A stretch of DNA of 64,000 nt from Candidatus Omnitrophota bacterium (GTDB lineage Bacteria; Omnitrophota; Gorgyraeia; Zapsychrales; Fredricksoniimonadaceae). Position 1 is the first letter of the stretch, and every line of letters starts with the position of its first letter. The translations under genes and the position numbers were made by a program. The notes under the pieces were generated by a model. The model ran no database searches, had not been told where the DNA came from, and was given only the letters and a program-made list of their open reading frames with translations. Below, one piece after another: positions 32,124-41,914 of the stretch. The stretch lies in assembly GCA_044225175.1 (NCBI GenBank), contig JBGAJA010000001.1, positions 678,711 through 742,710 of the forward strand, given 5' to 3'.

Positions 32124-33503
32124 TTAATAAGACAATTGTAAACGTGTAAACACAATATTTTCAGTGGGACGATTTTCAGTTGCTGCTGCCCCTTGTTTGA
32201 AATGAGTTTGCTCATAATCAACGCTCAGACGAACATTTTTATGAGGATACCAGTTCAAACCAGCTGCCCATGCTTCTTCTTTAGAAACAGCAGTTGTTGC
32301 GCTGGCAAAGCCACGATCAAAAATACTATCATCTAATCGTAGTTGACCATAACGACCAACAACTTCAAAAGCACCCCATGTGCCTTTTTGTAAGTCAAAA
32401 TTGTTACGAGGTGTTATACCTTTAAAAGAAGCTAATTCTCCAGTTAATACATAATTACCAGATAGCTGCCAGGCTTGATTAGTAAATGTATCATGAATAT
32501 TGGTGCCACGTGTGAATTCTTGAGAAGATTTTACGTATTCACCAAGAAGTCCAAAACCCCCGTTATAGTAATAAAATTGAGGACTAACTCGCGTATGCGC
32601 CCCATCAGCTACAAGACCAGTTCCTGAATATGTAAAGACACTTGCTTGTCCAGGAGATCTATAGGTAGGAACGCTGCTTCCTTCTTTATGACCATAGGAT
32701 CCTGCAATACCTGTACCTAATCCTTTTAATACCTCAGGCCCATGATTTTTAAAAGGCTGAACAAAGACACGGCCTATGACATCTTTATCATTATTATTAT
32801 CTGCCGCATCCACACTTGCTAAATCTGCTCCACCATTAAAAATACCAACCGCATAATTAGTTGTGTCACCAAACAAATCACCAAAAACCTGGAAACCAAC
32901 ATCACGGTTTGGTACTAAATTTGATGGTAAGCCAGTTTCTATAAAATTAGCGACAGCATCAGATTGCAAACGTTCTAATCCTAATGGAGCTTTAAATTTA
33001 CCACCGCGGATCTTGAGTGAAGGCCATAACTTGAAATCCACATAAGCATCCACCAACTGAGCATTAGCACTAGTAGTTGCATTAACTGCCAAATCCGGCA
33101 TCAAATAAAAATCCCAATTCTTACCTACCGTACCTTCAAAGATAGGGCGGGCTCTTCTAACTAGGAAGTTATCTGTGGTTCCTGTTAAATCTTTACTATT
33201 ACCTGTAAAGACGCGCGCATCTGCTTGAACTAATCCTCGAAGCTTTAATTTAAAGCTTTCATCTGGGCTCTTAATGCTAAAGCCGTCTTTTGCACTAGCT
33301 GTAATGACTGGTGTTTCAGGTGCCTTTTTCGCACTTTCTTCCTTATCTACCTCAATTTGACGCTTTAATATAGCCATTTGCTGTTCCAATTCCGCTAATC
33401 TTTGCTCCAAGGCCGTACTATCTGCGAAAACTGGGCTAATGGAAGATATCGGCAATAATACACTTAAAGCTAAAATACCTAATGTACGACTAAAAGACTT
33501 CAT
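32124..33503 (-). CDS. OprO/OprP-family anion-selective porin (putative sulfate porin)
   Basis: Signal peptide + coiled coil, RRARP, GKFKAPLGLERLQS, LVPNRDVG, C-terminal RLQLSY. Confidence 0.85.
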   Translation of the reverse strand: MKSFSRTLGILALSVLLPISSISPVFADSTALEQRLAELEQQMAILKRQIEVDKEESAKKAPETPVITASAKDGFSIKSPDESFKLKLRGLVQADARVFTGNSKDLTGTTDNFLVRRARPIFEGTVGKNWDFYLMPDLAVNATTSANAQLVDAYVDFKLWPSLKIRGGKFKAPLGLERLQSDAVANFIETGLPSNLVPNRDVGFQVFGDLFGDTTNYAVGIFNGGADLASVDAADNNNDKDVIGRVFVQPFKNHGPEVLKGLGTGIAGSYGHKEGSSVPTYRSPGQASVFTYSGTGLVADGAHTRVSPQFYYYNGGFGLLGEYVKSSQEFTRGTNIHDTFTNQAWQLSGNYVLTGELASFKGITPRNNFDLQKGTWGAFEVVGRYGQLRLDDSIFDRGFASATTAVSKEEAWAAGLNWYPHKNVRLSVDYEQTHFKQGAAATENRPTENIVFTRLQLSY

Positions 33504-33554
33504 ATAAACTCCTATTTGATGGTTAAAAATTTAACTATTTAGTTGGGGATGAGC

Positions 33555-33586
33555 AAAAGTAAATCAAGCCCTAACAACAGGGTTGA
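33555..33586 (-). terminator. Leader terminator overlapping the Cys codons and stop of the leader peptide
   Basis: Minus strand TCAACCCTG-TTGT-TAGGGCTTGA then TTTACTTTT. Confidence 0.55.
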
Positions 33587-33633
33587 CACGAACCGAGGGA
33601 TTTGAAGTGTGTAATCATTACTAAGATAATCAT
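33571..33633 (-). CDS. Putative cysteine-sensing leader peptide MIILVMITHFKSLGSCQPCC
   Basis: Hand-translated ORF in the leader of the sulfate operon; 3 Cys in the last 5 codons; alternative in-frame ATG at 33618. Confidence 0.6.
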   Translation of the reverse strand: MIILVMITHFKSLGSCQPCC

Positions 33634-33640
33634 GTAAGTA

Positions 33641-33668
33641 AATGTAACATGCAAAATAATATTGTCAA
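33641..33668 (-). promoter_or_regulatory. Promoter of the sulfate operon leader
   Basis: TTGACA-16 nt-TACATT with extended TG; ATG of the leader ORF 7 nt downstream. Confidence 0.55.
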
Positions 33669-33701
33669 GTTTTTTTTAAAAAAAGTATCAAACATAAAGA
33701 A

Positions 33702-34415
33702 CTAATTGTGGGAAATGACGAAATCACCTTTAGGAAGATAGTTGACGGCTTCAAGCAAGTTTTCAGAACCTTCATTAGCGTATAAAACAAATTTGACAGA
33801 TTTTGTTTTAGCTATTCTCTGCAATCTTTGGATAACCAGATTTACAGAAATATCACTAAGCTCCGTATTAAATAGAGCTAATTCAGGAGGATTGCGCATG
33901 ATCTTTTCAATGCCTACAATGCCGCTATCCGTAAAATCAACATTGTAGCCGGCATTACTAAAGGCATTAGCAATCTTCCCTATATTCCTCTGATCTTTAT
34001 CTACTATAACGACCCTTTTACTCCCTTTGATATGTCGTCTCCAATATTGATTATTAATGATGATCTCGACCTCATTAAGCATCCTATCAATAGAAAAAGG
34101 TTTAGTCATAAACCCATCTACGCTGACTTCTCTAAAGAGTTTTTCAAAATTCATCTGACCTGTGAGCACAAGAACTGGATACTTAGGATAACCTCCATCT
34201 GTGCAAATCCTGTGATAAAATTCAATTCCATCCATTTGAGGCATTCCTAAATCTAATAGAATCAGGTCGGGAGACATTTTATCTAAAATTTCAAGCCCTT
34301 CTAAGCCATTAAAAGCTATAACAACCTCATACCCGCTAGCCTTGAGGTGTTTGGCACATATTTCTGCTACATCTTTTTCATCTTCTATAATCAATATTTT
34401 CTTTCGCTCAATCAT
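33702..34415 (-). CDS. Response regulator with tandem receiver domains (second degenerate)
   Basis: First REC: IED, LDLGMP, KP; second REC has FNTEL in place of the phospho-Asp. Confidence 0.85.
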   Translation of the reverse strand: MIERKKILIIEDEKDVAEICAKHLKASGYEVVIAFNGLEGLEILDKMSPDLILLDLGMPQMDGIEFYHRICTDGGYPKYPVLVLTGQMNFEKLFREVSVDGFMTKPFSIDRMLNEVEIIINNQYWRRHIKGSKRVVIVDKDQRNIGKIANAFSNAGYNVDFTDSGIVGIEKIMRNPPELALFNTELSDISVNLVIQRLQRIAKTKSVKFVLYANEGSENLLEAVNYLPKGDFVISHN

Positions 34416-34557
34416 ATTTCCTTATCTCCTAATTCAAGTATGCCCCTATTGTCAAGTGTTTACAAGGCATAAACAGCCATTCTCAGAAAACGGTTTTCAT
34501 GTATAATTCTTTGAATTTCCAAAGAAAAATTAATAAATTGATTTGACTTTGCCAATA

Positions 34558-34582
34558 CAAAAAGGTGTCTGACACCTTTTTG
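34558..34582. repeat. 25-bp palindromic REP-like element (copy 2), just downstream of mutY
   Basis: Identical to 5293-5317; could double as a bidirectional terminator. Confidence 0.85.
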
Positions 34583-34587
34583 ATAAT

Positions 34588-35625
34588 TTAGAGGCGTTCA
34601 AGGATTTTTGCACTTCCTGAAGGCATGGGATAACGGTTAAGATTGGATTTTGAGATCCAGAGGCGAGTTTTTGTGACCTTAGGATTAGGAGAAACCTTAA
34701 CTTCAAAAACTTTGAGTTTGACTCTAAATTGGGTGTAGGAATGGGTCACATCAAATAAATGTTTGTGGTGAGTCAAATTGACCCCTAACTCTTCTTGTAA
34801 TTCACGCTTTAAGGCATTTAGAGTGCTTTCCCTCGACTCAACCTTCCCCCCTGGAAATTCCCATAAATCCGCCAGCAAGCCTGTGGATGGCCTTTGTTGG
34901 ATGAGATACTTACCCTTATATTCAATAATTGCTATTACCGCATCAACATCCTTAATGACCTTCTTTTTAGGGGTGGGAATAAGCTCTTGAATTCCTTGCA
35001 GATAAGCTTTACAGAATTTTCTTAAAGGACAAATATTACATAAAGGTTCTTTAGTGCGACATATCAAAGCGCCCATTTCCATCAAAGCCTGGTTAAAATC
35101 ACCTGCCCTTTGAGAAGGAATGACTTTACTTAAATAGTCATGAATAGTCTTGTCTTGCTTCGTGTCTGCGTGAGCTTGAATGGATAATAACCTCATTACA
35201 AGCCTTCTGACATTGGCATCAATAATCACCAATGGCTGATCAAAGGCTATGCTTAAGACGGAAGCTGTTGTGTATGGTCCAAAGCCTGGCAAAGCTCGCA
35301 CCAAATCCGGTTCTTGAGGAAGCTTTCCCCCATAATTGGTTACAACCAAACCTACAGCCTTATGGAGATTACGGGCGCGATTGTAATAACCTAATCCCTG
35401 CCAGGACTTTAAAACCTCTTGGATAGGCGTTTGGGCCAGTTTGGTAATGGTTGGATAAGTTTTAAGCCATCGTTCAAAATAAGGAATCACCGCATTCACA
35501 GTCGTCTGCTGCAGCATAATTTCCGAAACCCAAATATGATAAGGATCCTTAGTCTTACGCCAAGGCAGGTCACGCTTATGCTTGTCGTACCACTTAAGAA
35601 GATCTTGCGAGAATGTGTTAGGCAT
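34588..35625 (-). CDS. mutY: A/G-specific adenine glycosylase with C-terminal Nudix domain
   Basis: WVSEIMLQQT, WQGLGYYNRA, HhH LPGFGPYT, C-x6-C-x2-C-x5-C FeS; Nudix box GKVESRESTLNALKRELQEELG. Confidence 0.95.
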   Translation of the reverse strand: MPNTFSQDLLKWYDKHKRDLPWRKTKDPYHIWVSEIMLQQTTVNAVIPYFERWLKTYPTITKLAQTPIQEVLKSWQGLGYYNRARNLHKAVGLVVTNYGGKLPQEPDLVRALPGFGPYTTASVLSIAFDQPLVIIDANVRRLVMRLLSIQAHADTKQDKTIHDYLSKVIPSQRAGDFNQALMEMGALICRTKEPLCNICPLRKFCKAYLQGIQELIPTPKKKVIKDVDAVIAIIEYKGKYLIQQRPSTGLLADLWEFPGGKVESRESTLNALKRELQEELGVNLTHHKHLFDVTHSYTQFRVKLKVFEVKVSPNPKVTKTRLWISKSNLNRYPMPSGSAKILERL

Positions 35626-35983
35626 TGTTTATTAAGTCAGAAAAAAGATCCGCAATTTGAGGATGCTGACCAATGGGCTGGGAAATGGAGAAGACAACAT
35701 CAGGGTATTGTTCTTGTGCATCTTGAATAATGGCTGGAATATCATCATTCACATGGCGGCCCGAATTAAGAAAGTTAAGTAGAACAAGGACTTGCGTAGC
35801 TCCTTTTTGTACACATAAATCAAGACCTTCAGGAATGTTTGGGGATTCAATCTCCAAGAAGGCATACTCAAAAATGTCTACCCCAGTCTTAAATTTTAAG
35901 ACTTTTACTAGTTCAATAACTTCTTCCTTAGTTTTGGAAGAACGACTGCCATGACTGACTAAAAGAACAGCTTTCATGGCCAA
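35618..35983 (-). CDS. Sirohydrochlorin chelatase (CbiX/SirB small form)
   Basis: VSHGSR, AFLEIESP, FLNSGRHVNDDIP, PIGQHP. Confidence 0.88.
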   Translation of the reverse strand: MAMKAVLLVSHGSRSSKTKEEVIELVKVLKFKTGVDIFEYAFLEIESPNIPEGLDLCVQKGATQVLVLLNFLNSGRHVNDDIPAIIQDAQEQYPDVVFSISQPIGQHPQIADLFSDLINNA

Positions 35984-36846
35984 ATCACCTTTAAAGGATA
36001 TTTGGAACGGCCGATTTGGACTTTAGTTCCAAAAGAAAATGGCAGGCAGACGTGAGAGCCATCGACAAATATCACACCTTCACGCATTAATGAGGTGAGA
36101 GAAAAGCTTTGGTTAGGTTTTAAAATAGATCCTGTGAGCTTATAAGTAGCCCCATGACCTCGATAAAGCTCCCTTGGACGATACTGGATTAACTTACTTT
36201 GTTCTGGAAGGATCTTTCCTCCAGCAGAATGGATTCCAGCAGAAGACCCCGCTGCAGTTGACACCCAAACCCCAGATGAACGCTGTTCTTCTTTTAAGTT
36301 TCCTACTTTTAAATAATATCGACTTACTGCCCCGGGATTCTGGTGGCAAATCAACAGATCATTGACAGCCGGCATTCCTTCAAATTCATTATTAAAAGAC
36401 AGTTGAATACGATTGAAAAATTTGAATGATGACTTATTTTTTAAAAAAGTATCTAGTGTCGACTCGAAATTCTTAGGATTTCCTGAACAGAAACGTCCTA
36501 CACTCCAACTGGGATCAGAATTCACCCCCCAGATGATCTGTTTTTTAATATTTCTAGCAGCTTCCATAAATGTCCCATCACCACCAAAGGTAATAATGAG
36601 ATCAAACTTATTGTAATTGATGGAAGTCCCTCGACAAATTTTAGTGTACTTAAGACCCTTACTCTTTAAGACAGCTTCAATATATGAAAGTGCCCAGAAA
36701 TGGTTTTCATGGGTCCTATGGAATCTTTTAATTTCATCAGAATTAAATAAGCCTCGAAGTTTGACAGATCGTTTACGGCTACTTAAGAAATAACCCGCGT
36801 AAGTACTATTTTTATAAAGCAAAAGAATTTTAGGGGATGATTTCAT
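35974..36846 (-). CDS. nadK: NAD(+) kinase
   Basis: GGDGT, GVNSDP, VND, SSG..STAAGSSA..HSAGG. Confidence 0.88.
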   Translation of the reverse strand: MKSSPKILLLYKNSTYAGYFLSSRKRSVKLRGLFNSDEIKRFHRTHENHFWALSYIEAVLKSKGLKYTKICRGTSINYNKFDLIITFGGDGTFMEAARNIKKQIIWGVNSDPSWSVGRFCSGNPKNFESTLDTFLKNKSSFKFFNRIQLSFNNEFEGMPAVNDLLICHQNPGAVSRYYLKVGNLKEEQRSSGVWVSTAAGSSAGIHSAGGKILPEQSKLIQYRPRELYRGHGATYKLTGSILKPNQSFSLTSLMREGVIFVDGSHVCLPFSFGTKVQIGRSKYPLKVIWP

Positions 36847-37489
36847 GTTTTAACTCTCTGTAGGAACTAAAAACTAAATCTGCTTGTTTTAGGTATTTTC
36901 TTGGCAAAGATGTCTCTAAAGCAAAACATTTTAACCCAGCTGCCTTAGCAGATGCAATACCAAAAGGAGCATTTTCAATAACGATAGCTTCGCTTGGTTT
37001 TACTTTAAGCTTCTTTAAAGCCATTAAATATGGTTCAGGGTGGGGTTTTCCATTTTGAACATCACAACCGCAGACTGTGACCCTAAAGGAATTCCATAAA
37101 TCTTCAGGTAATAGGCTTTGAGCTTCATGTCTAGAAGTACCTGTTACCAGGGCTAATGAATACCCCTTTTTTACTAAACTCTTAATTAAAGATCTGCTTC
37201 CTGGAATATAGCGTCTTTTGAAAATTTTCTTAAAGAGCTCCTCTTTTGCTTTTAAAAGACCATGAGCATGGGTCAAATCAAAAGGCTTTTTGTGCTCTCC
37301 AAATATCTCCTGGACACTATTTAGACCTTTTTGTCCCTCCCTTTTATAAACATCCTCATGAGAAACTTTAATACCTTGATTGGCAAAAATAGTTCTCCAG
37401 GCCCTAAAATGATAGGGCATGGTATCTGTAATGACACCATCCATATCAAAAATGACAACTGTGTGGGATTTATTCATGGAATGAATCAA
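36830..37489 (-). CDS. HAD-family phosphatase (beta-PGM-like)
   Basis: FDMDGVITDT, GKPHPEPY, ENAPFGI. Confidence 0.9.
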   Translation of the reverse strand: MIHSMNKSHTVVIFDMDGVITDTMPYHFRAWRTIFANQGIKVSHEDVYKREGQKGLNSVQEIFGEHKKPFDLTHAHGLLKAKEELFKKIFKRRYIPGSRSLIKSLVKKGYSLALVTGTSRHEAQSLLPEDLWNSFRVTVCGCDVQNGKPHPEPYLMALKKLKVKPSEAIVIENAPFGIASAKAAGLKCFALETSLPRKYLKQADLVFSSYRELKHEIIP

Positions 37490-37935
37490 TTACGGCCGCT
37501 TTTTTCCATCTGGCGGATTCGACGGGCTTGTTCAGAAACCTTCTTGTCTAGAGACTTCCCTCTAGTTATATATTCTTTATGTTCATCTTTAGCTTCTTGA
37601 TTATTTTTTTTTATTCTGTTTCTCTCTTTAATTAAAGCTTCTTTTTTGATTTGTTGTTTTTCTTTTTCGAGCAATTTTTCTTTACGTTGTTCAATTTTTT
37701 GCTTTTTTTGATCTTCTCTAATTTGCATATGCCAATTAGTTAGAAATTCTTTACGCTCTACGTAGGAAGATTTTGGCCAATCCTTATGGTAAGCGTTCTC
37801 AAAACGATATCTTGCAGCAAAAGGAGCTTTCAGCAAGTCTGGACCATGTTCAGATAAATCCACCTGTTCAGCCATGACCAGAGTTCCTGAAACAAGGACA
37901 GAAATTAAAACAAAGAGTAATGTTTTCATGCTCAA
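37486..37935 (-). CDS. Hypothetical exported protein with K/E-rich C-terminus
   Basis: Signal peptide (VMA-E); coupled within the operon. Confidence 0.65.
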   Translation of the reverse strand: MSMKTLLFVLISVLVSGTLVMAEQVDLSEHGPDLLKAPFAARYRFENAYHKDWPKSSYVERKEFLTNWHMQIREDQKKQKIEQRKEKLLEKEKQQIKKEALIKERNRIKKNNQEAKDEHKEYITRGKSLDKKVSEQARRIRQMEKSGRN

Positions 37936-37936
37936 A

Positions 37937-39202
37937 TTATAACATATCCAAATTCAAAAAAACACTAAAGGTAGATCCATTTCCAAGGGTGCTTTCCACA
38001 CTGATTTTTCCTTGATGCACATCCATAATATGTTTAGCAATAGAAAGTCCTAAGCCTGTACCACCAGTTTCCTGACTTCGAGATTTATCTACCCTAAAAA
38101 ATCGTTCAAAAATTCTGTTTAAATACTCTGAAGATATCCCAGGACCATTATCCCTAAAATCAATCCTCACAAATCGCCCTTCCACTCTGGCTTTAATCAG
38201 AATTTTTCCACCTCGAGGAGTAAATTTAACCGCATTATCTAAGATATTTAGAAAAACCTGCTCCATTCTAGCTGCATCAAAACTAACCAAAGGTAAATTA
38301 GTAGGAATGTCTAATATTAAAGCATGCTGCAAATCTTCGATTTGTTTCTTTTTCATTAGAATGACAGCATGAATAATGTTAGAAATATCACCTTTAACTA
38401 AATTCATTTTCACATCTTTAGACTCCAAAGAGGATAAAACCAAAAGATCATTGACTAAATTCTCAAGCCTTTGGGTCTGGTTTAAAATAATATTTAAGAA
38501 ACGCACAGCATTAGCCTTGTCATCTAAAGCCCCTTCTTTAAGCGTTTCAACGAATCCTCGAATGGATGTTAGAGGTGTTTTAAGTTCATGGGACACATTG
38601 GCAACGAACTCACTTCGTAAGCGCTCAAATTTTTTAAGTTCAGTGACATCATGAAAAACTACAATAAGACTAATTAAAACATTGTGGGAATCAAAAACCG
38701 GAGAGATTTGCATATTAAAATACATTTCTTTAGAACGAAGAATCACAATCTCTTTTCGAAGAATACTTTTATGCGTTAAGCCTTCTGTGATGGACTCAAT
38801 GATGTTTTGATTAGAAATAATTTCCCAATAATATTTATTCTTCCAATCTGTAGAGCGGACATCAAACATAAATTGAAAGCTTGGACTAAGATGTAAAAGT
38901 CGATTATCAAAAGAAATAACGAGAACACCCTCTGCCATATTAGATAGAATGGCTTCAAGTTTATCTTTCTCAATAGTAAGCTCTTCTAGGCGCTTTTGAA
39001 TGCCGTAAGCTAATTCATGCACATTACGTGCAACATCACCCAGATTATCTGAGGGAGACAAAACCATACGCCTTGAGTAGTCACCAATGGCCATAGCATT
39101 GATCACACGACGTATTTCTTTAATTTGTAGGGTTTGACGGAAATATTTATAGCTTAGGATAGCTATAATCAAAATTAAAACACAAATAAATAGGACGCTC
39201 AT
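37937..39202 (-). CDS. phoR: PhoR-like sensor histidine kinase (HAMP-PAS-HisKA-HATPase)
   Basis: FVANVSHELKTPLTSIRG, NILDNAVKFT, DNGPGI, RVDKSRS..GGTGLGL. Confidence 0.85.
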   Translation of the reverse strand: MSVLFICVLILIIAILSYKYFRQTLQIKEIRRVINAMAIGDYSRRMVLSPSDNLGDVARNVHELAYGIQKRLEELTIEKDKLEAILSNMAEGVLVISFDNRLLHLSPSFQFMFDVRSTDWKNKYYWEIISNQNIIESITEGLTHKSILRKEIVILRSKEMYFNMQISPVFDSHNVLISLIVVFHDVTELKKFERLRSEFVANVSHELKTPLTSIRGFVETLKEGALDDKANAVRFLNIILNQTQRLENLVNDLLVLSSLESKDVKMNLVKGDISNIIHAVILMKKKQIEDLQHALILDIPTNLPLVSFDAARMEQVFLNILDNAVKFTPRGGKILIKARVEGRFVRIDFRDNGPGISSEYLNRIFERFFRVDKSRSQETGGTGLGLSIAKHIMDVHQGKISVESTLGNGSTFSVFLNLDML

Positions 39203-39897
39203 TCAGATTCCTTAAAACGATAGCCTACCCCGCGCACCGTTTCAATATAATCTTGGGCTACCCCAAGCTTCTTTCTTAAGCCCCGAATATGAACGTCTAC
39301 TGCTCTATCAACAATATATTTACCTTCTTGCCACACATTATCGAGGATTTGCTCTCTGCTAAACACTCGACCTGGAGCGCGAGATAAGAATTCTAAGATA
39401 TCAAATTCAATACTCGTTAATTCGATAGAATGTCTTTTGAATACAACTTTATGTTTTGGTATATCAATAGTAAGCTCCCCCCATTGACGGGTTTGCTCTA
39501 CACCTATTTCTGTTTTGGAATCGTCTAACCTTCTAAAAACTGCCCTGATTCGTGCCAAGAGAATGCTTGGACTAAATGGTTTTGGGATATAATCATCTGC
39601 ACCTAGGGATAGGCCAATCACAATATCTGCTTCTGTACCCTTGGCGGTAATCATTAAAATAGGGATTTTCTTGGTTTTGGGATCTTCTTTGATTTGACGG
39701 CAGATTTCTAATCCATCACATTCTGGAAGCATTAAATCCAGTAAAACTAAATCAGGCTTTCTTGTTAAAACCATGTCAAAAGCTTGTCCGCCATCAAAAA
39801 GCGATAATACCTCAAACCCTTCGCGTTCAAGGTTATAACGGACTAATTCATTAATATCCCTGTCGTCTTCAATAATGAGAATTCGTTTTTTAGCCAT
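39199..39897 (-). CDS. phoB: PhoB/OmpR-family response regulator
   Basis: LDLMLP, GADDYIPKPF, RAVDVHIRGLRKKL, TVRGVGY. Confidence 0.85.
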   Translation of the reverse strand: MAKKRILIIEDDRDINELVRYNLEREGFEVLSLFDGGQAFDMVLTRKPDLVLLDLMLPECDGLEICRQIKEDPKTKKIPILMITAKGTEADIVIGLSLGADDYIPKPFSPSILLARIRAVFRRLDDSKTEIGVEQTRQWGELTIDIPKHKVVFKRHSIELTSIEFDILEFLSRAPGRVFSREQILDNVWQEGKYIVDRAVDVHIRGLRKKLGVAQDYIETVRGVGYRFKESE

Positions 39898-39921
39898 ATA
39901 CTATATATTAGAAGATCGAAA

Positions 39922-40443
39922 TTAAGATTTTGTTAAGCTCTTATTAAGTCTTTGCTTATTTAAAATCTTTTTGAGCATTGGCCAGTGTTCTTCCGCTAAA
40001 ATATAACCTACACACCGAGCTGATCGACAGCGACAAGGATGCTCACCAAACTCCTCTATATCATCATACCCATAATTATAAAAGAGTTCTTCCTCAATCG
40101 CAATATCCCTTAAGGCTATAATCCAAATATGCCCTCTAATATTTTCGACCTCGCAATTAGGATCACAGGAATGGTTAATATATTTGGCTAAATTATGGGG
40201 CACATGGCCATCAATATCATAACGTTTGTTTAATTCAAAAAGATAAACGGCTCCTTGTTCTTTGTGCTTTTTAGCATATTCCACAAGTCTTGGGCCTCGT
40301 CGATTTGCTTCAGCTTTTGTAATCTTTTCCCCCACATATTCAATAACCTTTGTCCCCTTTGGAATAAAAGCCTTAGCAAAGATTCCACAACCATGTATTT
40401 TTGAGGTTTTTTTAGTTATATATGAATATTTTGTAGATTTCAT
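39922..40443 (-). CDS. SET-domain protein-lysine methyltransferase
   Basis: IHGCGIFA, KYINHSCDPNC, EELFYNY, post-SET CRC.SARC. Confidence 0.92.
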   Translation of the reverse strand: MKSTKYSYITKKTSKIHGCGIFAKAFIPKGTKVIEYVGEKITKAEANRRGPRLVEYAKKHKEQGAVYLFELNKRYDIDGHVPHNLAKYINHSCDPNCEVENIRGHIWIIALRDIAIEEELFYNYGYDDIEEFGEHPCRCRSARCVGYILAEEHWPMLKKILNKQRLNKSLTKS

Positions 40444-40448
40444 AAGAA

Positions 40449-40871
40449 TTAGATTTGAGGCCGGATATTTCTAAAAAAAAGTTTATCTTTAGGGTGGGTC
40501 AACAGAGCTTCAACTTCATCAGGATGCACCCAGCGAGCCTCCGGATGATTGCTGTCTATTGGAGAAAGCTTCAACTCATCCGTTGAAAAAAGGAACATCT
40601 GAATGTGTTTGAGCTCGCTTGTATCATCACGTCCATCTAATCCTATTTTGTATCTAACATAGGAGCCCAGATCTTTGATAAAGTTAAGCCTAAGAATACC
40701 TGTTTCTTCTTCAATTTCACGAATAGCAGCAGTTTTAGCGTCTTCTCCTTCTTCAATATGTCCTTTAGGTAAAGACCAAGAAAGTCCTCTTTGGTTGACA
40801 ACCAAGACCTTTCTTTTCTTACTTAAAACAACTCCACCTGCTGTATATGTTTTATTCTGTTGCACAATCAT
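40449..40871 (-). CDS. NUDIX hydrolase
   Basis: [24 protein letters not shown]. Confidence 0.92.
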   Translation of the reverse strand: MIVQQNKTYTAGGVVLSKKRKVLVVNQRGLSWSLPKGHIEEGEDAKTAAIREIEEETGILRLNFIKDLGSYVRYKIGLDGRDDTSELKHIQMFLFSTDELKLSPIDSNHPEARWVHPDEVEALLTHPKDKLFFRNIRPQI

Positions 40872-41523
40872 CCTTTTCTAAAGTATAGAACTTTTGTCCA
40901 ATTTCAATTCTTTCCTTGCCCTTGGAAATTCTATATAAATTTGTGTCTCTTAAAGAATAAACACAACCGCAATACTCTTGCTGATAGAAATTTTCTCGCT
41001 TTGAAATCTCATACATTCTTGAGGAGCCGCCATTTTTTCTCCAATTATAAGTCCAATAAACCATGCCATCATAACGATTTGCCGCTCTCACACCCGAATT
41101 ATTAATTTGATCCATATCTTTCCAACGAGAAATCCCCAAAGAAGAACTAATAACCTTAAAGCCATGTTCTTGGGCGTACAGCGCTGTTCGTTCAAAACGC
41201 ATATCGAAACATGAAGTACAACGTTTACCTCTTTCAGGCTCCATTTCTAATCCTTTGATGCGCTCAAACCAATTGCTTGTATCATAATCCGCATCAATAA
41301 AAGGAATATTCAACTTTTGAGCAAACTTGATATTCTCTTCCTTACGAATCTCATATTCTTTTCTTGGATGAATATTAGGATTATAAAAGAAGATACTGAA
41401 TTTAATCCCTGAAGCTAAAATTGCCTCCATTAATTCAGCGGCACAAGGTGCACAGCAAGAATGAAGCAAAAGCTCCTTATGATTGCCAGGTAATTCTAAG
41501 AGTGGTCGATTTGTCATTGTCAT
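40852..41523 (-). CDS. queH: Epoxyqueuosine reductase QueH
   Basis: [33 protein letters not shown]. Confidence 0.93.
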   Translation of the reverse strand: MTMTNRPLLELPGNHKELLLHSCCAPCAAELMEAILASGIKFSIFFYNPNIHPRKEYEIRKEENIKFAQKLNIPFIDADYDTSNWFERIKGLEMEPERGKRCTSCFDMRFERTALYAQEHGFKVISSSLGISRWKDMDQINNSGVRAANRYDGMVYWTYNWRKNGGSSRMYEISKRENFYQQEYCGCVYSLRDTNLYRISKGKERIEIGQKFYTLEKDDCATE

Positions 41524-41577
41524 AAATAAAAAAACCCTTGGGCTTATTCAAGGATTTCTCACTAAACTATAATTGAA

Positions 41578-41602
41578 AGGCCCGGTTTTATCAACCGGGC
41601 CT
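41578..41602 (-). terminator. Hairpin terminator after csp
   Basis: AGGCCCGGTT-TTATC-AACCGGGCCT. Confidence 0.65.
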
Positions 41603-41615
41603 GTTGAGGTCATTC

Positions 41616-41816
41616 TTAAACCTTCATTACATTAATGGCTTGTTCACCTTTGGGGCCTTGCTGAATTTCAAATTCTACAGCTTGACCTTCTTCAAGGGTT
41701 CTGTAACCTTCACTTTTGATTGCGGTATGATGGACAAATACATCTTTACCATTCTCTGGAGTAATAAAACCATAACCTTTTTGATTATTGAACCATTTTA
41801 CTTTACCTTTTGCCAT
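41616..41816 (-). CDS. cspA: Cold-shock protein
   Basis: GKVKWFN..KGYGFI, DVFVH, GPKG. Confidence 0.95.
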   Translation of the reverse strand: MAKGKVKWFNNQKGYGFITPENGKDVFVHHTAIKSEGYRTLEEGQAVEFEIQQGPKGEQAINVMKV

Positions 41817-41914
41817 TACTACATCCTCCTTGTTAGCGACCTGTGATAACTATTTACTTCTTACAATTCGAAAGTATGCCCTACTTTCGAAATTTTGTCA
41901 AATATTTCAGAGAG

